Source: a virus
IMG/VR virus record: IMGVR_UViG_3300045988_173400
Span: 1 to 17,806 of that record
Strand: one strand, 5' to 3'
Length of the DNA: 17,806 nt
Shown here: positions 13,818 through 17,806 of the stretch, one piece after another
Numbering within the stretch: the stretch's first letter is position 1
How the letters are laid out: every line of letters begins with the position of its first letter
The notes under the pieces: model-generated
The model's database searches: none
Told to the model about the DNA's origin: nothing
What the model saw: the letters and a program-made list of their open reading frames with translations, nothing else
Program-made: the position numbers and the translations under genes

Positions 13818-15464
13818 GTCCTTGAGCGTGTAGCTCTCGCGGACGTAGGCGGCACCGCCGGGCACCATCCGGCAGACGCGATTCTCTAGGACGGCATAGG
13901 GACGGACGTCCTCGTAGCGGACGAGCGGCGCCAGGTCGCCGGAGAGACCCGCCATGACGGCCGTCGAACCGGCGCCGGAGTCCAGGTAGTATTGCTTGGG
14001 TCCGACGAATTTCGCCCTACCGAACGTGTCGCGCCGGGACCACTGCCCCAACCTCCCGCCGACGTCGGCGCCGCGAGGCGGCTCGCCTCCGAGAAGGATG
14101 ACCGAGTCCGTGTCATAGTAGAGGAGCCTGTCGTAGTTCGCATTAGCGACGTGCACGAGCTCCCTGCGCCCATAGGCCGTCACGAAAGCGGCCAGGGCGG
14201 GGTAGACGCTGTTGACGTAGCGTTGACTGATTTTAAAGGGCTTTAGGATGCCGTCGGTGTGGACGAGGCTCGGGCCGTCGTCTTCACGCGAGTCGACGAG
14301 CTCGTAGCCGAGACCCTGCTCGACCATGAGCGTTCGCGTCGCGAATTTACCGTACACCGTGTTGAGGGCCTGTTTGGCGACGAGGCGCATCGCCGGATCC
14401 GAGTGGGACTTCATCTCATAGAGCGGCTCAATATACGGCGCCAGGTCCCCCACCGAGCTCTCGTATTCGAAACACGAATTCCAGCACCACACATCGAAAT
14501 CATAATATGTTGTCAGACACTCATAGTCGACAGACGTGATCCAACACGACGTAGAAACATCATCATCCCACACCTTCGTGCCACACTCGGTCTTCTGAAA
14601 AAAGCACGGCACACCCCACCCCAGACGCCCCTCGCAGACGACGTTCGCGATCCAGAGACCGTCCATATCCTCCGGCGCCCCCTCGTGATAGTAGGGGCGC
14701 CCGACCGGCAAACGCTCGCCCGCCATGATCGACGGATAGAGAGAGTTGACGTCCCACGAGGATCCAGCACCCGTCTCCGTGAAAGGCTCGGCCTCCGGGC
14801 CGAGATTGCACAGGCCGGGCAGATAGGCGGCGCGGAGCATCTCCGACTCGGGGACGCCCGTCGGCGCCGGGTAGAGCCCGTCGAAATCCGCCACCGCCTC
14901 GCGGAGCCGCGCGAAAGCCCGCGACGCCTGCGTCATTTTCCGCGACGACCAGGCGTCGTCGAAAAGCACGGCGGCGGCGAGCACGTCGAGGTAAACGCGC
15001 GACCACGGGACGTCCAGGGCGAGATCCGTCGCCCACTGGGGATGGAGAGTCTCCGCCAGAGCGTCGAAATCCAGCGGCAGGAGAGCCTCGACGCCGCGGA
15101 TCGACACCGACCGGCCCGGCGCCACGGGGGCATTGAGCGAGAAAAATTGGCCGTCGCCCGTGTAGAGGCCGGAGAGACGGTCGACGGGGCGCCGGTAGTC
15201 GGGGGACCAGGTGATGCCGCGCTCGATGTAGTCGGCGACGATGCAGGGGCCGACCAGGTCCATATCCCACGTGTAGGCGACCTGGTAGGCAGCGAGGTCA
15301 GCCTCGGCGTCGGCGAACGTTTCACGTGAAACGTAGTTTTCGCCGTCGAGACCCATGAGGTGGACAGAGGCTATCGAGGCACGCTCGCCGTCGTAGGCGG
15401 TCTCCACCCACAGGACGCAGACGTCAGATCGCTCCAATCGTTTGCTCGATTGCTTTGAAGACAT
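13794..15464 (-). CDS. Family-B, protein-primed DNA polymerase, 556 aa
   Basis: Polymerase motifs are A (DVNSLYPS), B (KQALNTVYGKFA), C (YYDTDSV) and KxY (GPKQYY). The start is an internal ATG of track ORF 13794..15794 with a GGAGGGAGG SD 7 nt upstream. It overlaps the 3' end of the terminal protein gene by 41 nt. Confidence 0.93.
   Translation of the reverse strand: MSSKQSSKRLERSDVCVLWVETAYDGERASIASVHLMGLDGENYVSRETFADAEADLAAYQVAYTWDMDLVGPCIVADYIERGITWSPDYRRPVDRLSGLYTGDGQFFSLNAPVAPGRSVSIRGVEALLPLDFDALAETLHPQWATDLALDVPWSRVYLDVLAAAVLFDDAWSSRKMTQASRAFARLREAVADFDGLYPAPTGVPESEMLRAAYLPGLCNLGPEAEPFTETGAGSSWDVNSLYPSIMAGERLPVGRPYYHEGAPEDMDGLWIANVVCEGRLGWGVPCFFQKTECGTKVWDDDVSTSCWITSVDYECLTTYYDFDVWCWNSCFEYESSVGDLAPYIEPLYEMKSHSDPAMRLVAKQALNTVYGKFATRTLMVEQGLGYELVDSREDDGPSLVHTDGILKPFKISQRYVNSVYPALAAFVTAYGRRELVHVANANYDRLLYYDTDSVILLGGEPPRGADVGGRLGQWSRRDTFGRAKFVGPKQYYLDSGAGSTAVMAGLSGDLAPLVRYEDVRPYAVLENRVCRMVPGGAAYVRESYTLKDWSRMSAV
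15320..15331. promoter_or_regulatory. Perfect palindrome TTTCACGTGAAA, copy 3 (inside the polymerase gene)
   Basis: This is the exact 12-mer, or the 16-bp palindrome cgtttcacgtgaaacg at 15318..15333. It lies in the N-terminal part of the polymerase CDS and again encodes VSRET. Confidence 0.6.
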
Positions 15465-16266
15465 TTTTCGGCCTCCCTCCGTTTCGGCCCGTGCCGGGGT
15501 TGCCCTCTCCCATTTGCACCCGGGAGAAATCCAATTTTGTGAGCTTGTAGGCGTTGCGGAGGTTCTGAGCGAGGGTGGAGTCGCGCCACAGCACCATAAA
15601 GGCCGCCATGCCCTTACCTTTCCGAGCGATCTTCGCCTCCATCTGCTTGCGGATGCGCTCACCCTCCTCGCCAAGCTCGGATGCCATCGACACGAAAGAT
15701 CGCCACGCCTTGTCCTGCTGGTATTTGCGACCCTCCGCCGACAGGAGAAAATCCAAGCGCGCCATGTGCTTGTCGAAAGCCTTTTTCGACGCATACTGTT
15801 TGACGCCGCGGTTGCGGGAGGCGATCGGGTCGGAATCGACGCCCGGGACCCCGATGTAGCGGGGCGCTCGACCTTTACGGGTTTCCTTCTCGGTGAACAT
15901 CTGCTGGAGCGACATGCCGCTCGACGGGTCGACGTAGCGGACGAACCTGCGCCGCTGACGGGCCGCTCGCTCGTTCAGGCGGCGCTGGCGATTCCGGAGG
16001 ATATCCATATCCGTCTTCGAGATGACGCCCCCCTTCTGGGTGCCGTAGAATTGGACGCCACGCGACGTGAACACCTGCATCCGGTTAATAAAGCTCTTGA
16101 GCTCCTTCACCGACATGCCGCGGATGTCGTCCAGCGACGACGGGTCCGGGTGATACTCGGTGCCGCGCAGATCCACACCCTGCCTCTTCAAGCGGCTGAG
16201 CTTCCGCATCGCCCGGCGCCGAGCCAGCGCCGCATCCCTCTGCCACGAAGCCTTCGTTTTAGCCAT
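15424..16266 (-). CDS. Terminal protein (phi29 gp3 analogue), basic, 280 aa
   Basis: It lies immediately upstream of, and overlaps, the polymerase gene. The N-terminal half resembles phi29 TP as I recall it: LKRQGVDLRGTEYHP versus KKKYGVDLTAEIDIP, and FINRMQVFTSRGVQFYGTQKGGVISK versus WKEQASSFTNRANMRYQFEKNAYGVVASK. Confidence 0.8.
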   Translation of the reverse strand: MAKTKASWQRDAALARRRAMRKLSRLKRQGVDLRGTEYHPDPSSLDDIRGMSVKELKSFINRMQVFTSRGVQFYGTQKGGVISKTDMDILRNRQRRLNERAARQRRRFVRYVDPSSGMSLQQMFTEKETRKGRAPRYIGVPGVDSDPIASRNRGVKQYASKKAFDKHMARLDFLLSAEGRKYQQDKAWRSFVSMASELGEEGERIRKQMEAKIARKGKGMAAFMVLWRDSTLAQNLRNAYKLTKLDFSRVQMGEGNPGTGRNGGRPKNVFKAIEQTIGAI

Positions 16267-16284
16267 GATCCCATCCTAGCCGAA

Positions 16285-16308
16285 GCGGGGCGGCCGAAGC
16301 CGCCCCGC
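16285..16308 (-). terminator. GC hairpin between the SSB and terminal protein genes
   Basis: A 10-bp perfect stem (gcggggcggc / gccgccccgc) carries a cgaa loop. There is no U-tract, so it may be an I-shaped terminator or an RNA processing or stability element. Confidence 0.4.
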
Positions 16309-16322
16309 GCGAGTGATTCACG

Positions 16323-16715
16323 TTACGGCCGCCGGCGTTTCGCGGGCGTCCGAGCCGGCCTCGCCAACGCCGCCCCCTGGCGGGGAGTCGTCCCGAGATA
16401 GGTCGCCGACCGGATGACCAGGTCGGTGCGCACGACGCCGTCGGAGTCCGTCCACTCGTCCAGTGCCAGCTGGCCGGAGACGGCGACGAGGTCCCCTTTC
16501 CGGGAGGTTTCGGCGACCGCCTCGGCGATGGCGCCCCACACGGAGGCGATCACCCAGAGAGTCGGGCCGGCATCCACCCACTCGTCCGTCTGCGGGTCTC
16601 GCTTACGGGGCGTGTGGGCGATCGACAGATTGGCGACGGCCAGGCCGTCATTCGTGTAGCGGACCTCCGGCGCGGCGCCGAGGAAGCCCTGGATCGTGAC
16701 GTTAGCGGATGTCAT
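16323..16715 (-). CDS. ssb: Single-stranded DNA-binding protein (bacterial OB-fold type), 130 aa
   Basis: NVTIQGFLGAAPEVRYTNDGLAVANLSIA ... LWVIASVWGAIAEAVAETSRKGDLVAVSGQLALDEWTDSDG is the canonical SSB OB-fold pattern. I chose the second ATG (16715), which gives AAGGAG a spacing of about 7 nt. The ATG at 16721 is also possible. Confidence 0.88.
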   Translation of the reverse strand: MTSANVTIQGFLGAAPEVRYTNDGLAVANLSIAHTPRKRDPQTDEWVDAGPTLWVIASVWGAIAEAVAETSRKGDLVAVSGQLALDEWTDSDGVVRTDLVIRSATYLGTTPRQGAALARPARTPAKRRRP

Positions 16716-16726
16716 GAGCATTCTCC

Positions 16727-17011
16727 TTAGAATCGATGAGTGGCGGCGAAACGTGCGATCGCAAAGCCGGTGCGGCCGTCGGCGGATAGCCGGCGGATGA
16801 CAACCCCGCCGCGGCGCCGCGCCTTGGCGACGGCCACAGGAGGAAGATTCGGGTGGTGGCGGTCCAGAATGAGGATCCGACGCCGAGAAGTCGGGGCGAC
16901 TCGATAAACCGATTGCGGTAGGGCGACGGCCAGCTGGGCCAGCGACGCGTCGCAAACATAGACGTCGGGGCGCCGACGGTGAAAGCGGACGAAGTCAAGA
17001 ATTGACGACAT
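16727..17011 (-). CDS. Hypothetical, strongly basic protein, 94 aa
   Basis: The ATG has a GGAGGAGG SD 4 nt upstream. I count about 17 Arg/Lys against 5 Asp and no Glu. I prefer it over the overlapping 135-aa track ORF 16702..17109, which lacks an SD and runs far into the upstream gene. Confidence 0.6.
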   Translation of the reverse strand: MSSILDFVRFHRRRPDVYVCDASLAQLAVALPQSVYRVAPTSRRRILILDRHHPNLPPVAVAKARRRGGVVIRRLSADGRTGFAIARFAATHRF

Positions 17012-17369
17012 AGCGCCTCCTCCTCAGCCAGCCGGCCGCCGACCCGACCAACATCTCGTAGAGCGAGTCGCCGGCCGGCGTCGGGTAGGGGATCGACCTC
17101 AGCCACCACAGCCTCTCAGGCTCGTCAGGCCCCTCTTCGGGAGGGCAGACCAGGAAGAGGGCGATGGGGCAGGTTACGCCATAGCAGTCGACATACGCGA
17201 CTTCAATGCCGACGCGAGGCTTGGAGACGGTGAGGACGTCAGGCCGCCATGAAGGCTCGGCTCGAACGGCGTACTGTTCCAGATCTCCGAAAAGACTCCG
17301 GGCAAGGCCGGGCAGTTCGGCAACCGCGGCGCCAACGCTATCGACGCGCGAAGAATATGCGATCCACAT
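16995..17369 (-). CDS. Hypothetical protein, 124 aa
   Basis: The ATG overlaps the upstream stop (TAATG), and a G-run SD lies upstream. I recognise no family. Confidence 0.55.
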   Translation of the reverse strand: MWIAYSSRVDSVGAAVAELPGLARSLFGDLEQYAVRAEPSWRPDVLTVSKPRVGIEVAYVDCYGVTCPIALFLVCPPEEGPDEPERLWWLRSIPYPTPAGDSLYEMLVGSAAGWLRRRRYVVNS

Positions 17370-17761
17370 TAGCAGCCCCCCAGATCGAAGCGGAAGCCTA
17401 AAGTCGTCGAACGCGCCGGCGGAACGACAAAGTCGAAGTAGTCGCTGTCAGAGCACGCAGAGGCGAGCTCCCGCACAACCTCGTGAGTCTCGACGTCGAC
17501 TGGACCGTGCTTCAGCCAACGCCTCGACCGTCCCGAAAGATCGGTGACGAAGCAGATCCCGGACCAATCGATAACGTCGACCACGACAGCCAGCGAGCCG
17601 TACGCCTCGAAACCTCTAGCTGTGATCGAGAAATCCACGACAGCGGCAATGTCCATCGGGTGGCGGACACTGGTAGAGACGTGACGACCGTCATCGTAGG
17701 CGGCGAAGCAGTGACCGAGAGCCGTACACACGCCCTGAGTGACGTCGGATATGTAGCTCAT
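17369..17761 (-). CDS. Hypothetical protein, 130 aa, right terminal gene
   Basis: The start codon, SD and first three codons (MSY) lie in the right ITR, mirroring the left terminal gene. GC3 is moderately high by eye. I recognise no family. Confidence 0.55.
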   Translation of the reverse strand: MSYISDVTQGVCTALGHCFAAYDDGRHVSTSVRHPMDIAAVVDFSITARGFEAYGSLAVVVDVIDWSGICFVTDLSGRSRRWLKHGPVDVETHEVVRELASACSDSDYFDFVVPPARSTTLGFRFDLGGC

Positions 17762-17806
17762 TTTTTCGATCCTTTCGAGCCATCCCGAGGGCCTCTCCCC
17801 CGGTGA
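17752..17806. repeat. Right inverted terminal repeat (55 bp, perfect)
   Basis: It is the reverse complement of 1..55. Confidence 0.95.

Larger units (their letters stand above)
1..17806. mobile_element. Complete linear dsDNA phage genome with phi29-like (protein-primed podovirus) architecture
   Basis: Perfect 55-bp ITRs sit exactly at both window ends. The SSB, terminal protein, PolB, scaffold, MCP, tail knob, portal, collar, appendage, tail lysin and ATPase modules follow phi29 order. No host genes are present. Confidence 0.85.

Noticed and set aside
14259-15329. Long plus-strand ORFs antisense to known genes: this 356-aa ORF, plus 15442..16401, 10212..11204, 4562..5608, 3994..4584 and 2561..3454
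   Set aside because: All of them mirror minus-strand genes that have recognisable family motifs. Their sequences are low-complexity and Arg/Gly/Pro-rich, with no SD. Stop-codon scarcity at high GC makes such ORFs expected.
15465-15794. N-terminal extensions of track ORFs: polymerase to 15794, portal to 9681, collar to 8527, scaffold to 13732, SSB to 16955, left-arm ORFs from 411 and 634, and 7738..7788
   Set aside because: These extensions run through the preceding gene in another frame, are Arg-rich and lack an SD. Internal starts with SD motifs and ATGA, GTGA or TAATG coupling fit better.
16702-17109. A 135-aa minus-strand ORF competing with the 94-aa gene
   Set aside because: It overlaps the upstream gene by about 115 nt, has no SD and has an Arg/Ala-rich composition. 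The 94-aa frame has a GGAGGAGG SD.
1-17806. A search for tRNA, CRISPR repeats, integrase or repressor genes, and direct tandem repeats
   Set aside because: By eye I saw no cloverleaf-like segment, no regularly spaced repeat array and no recombinase or CI-like ORF. The genome looks strictly lytic. A tRNAscan or CRISPR-finder run would confirm this.

Overview
The window appears to be a complete 17,806-bp linear dsDNA phage genome. It is bounded by perfect 55-bp inverted terminal repeats and visibly GC-rich (I estimate over 60%, not computed). The gene content and order match a phi29-type, protein-primed podovirus. From 17761 down to 2207 the minus strand carries three small orphan genes, an OB-fold SSB, a terminal protein and a family-B protein-primed DNA polymerase. 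These are followed by an acidic scaffold, a phi29 gp8-like major capsid protein, a gp9-like tail knob, a gp10-like portal and a gp11-like lower collar. Next come two fibre or appendage proteins (one with an SGNH esterase domain), a gp13-like tail peptidoglycan hydrolase, a gp16-like packaging ATPase and a four-gene lysis cassette. A 2.1-kb left arm on the plus strand holds six small orphan genes and converges on the same hairpin terminator at 2171..2205. Most genes are linked by ATGA, GTGA or TAATG overlaps. No tRNA, CRISPR array, integrase or lysogeny gene is visible. The points most worth following up are listed here.
- A 12-bp perfect palindrome, TTTCACGTGAAA, is present three times exactly and twice with one mismatch, including inside two coding regions.
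- The terminal genes have their SD and ATG inside the ITR, with no room for a promoter.
- The polymerase exonuclease motifs look degenerate.
- An NlpC/P60 domain is duplicated between the tail lysin and the endolysin.
- The endolysin C-terminus is an unfamiliar repeat.
- No packaging RNA is evident.
All homology statements come from by-eye comparison with remembered family motifs and phi29 protein sequences. No database search was run.
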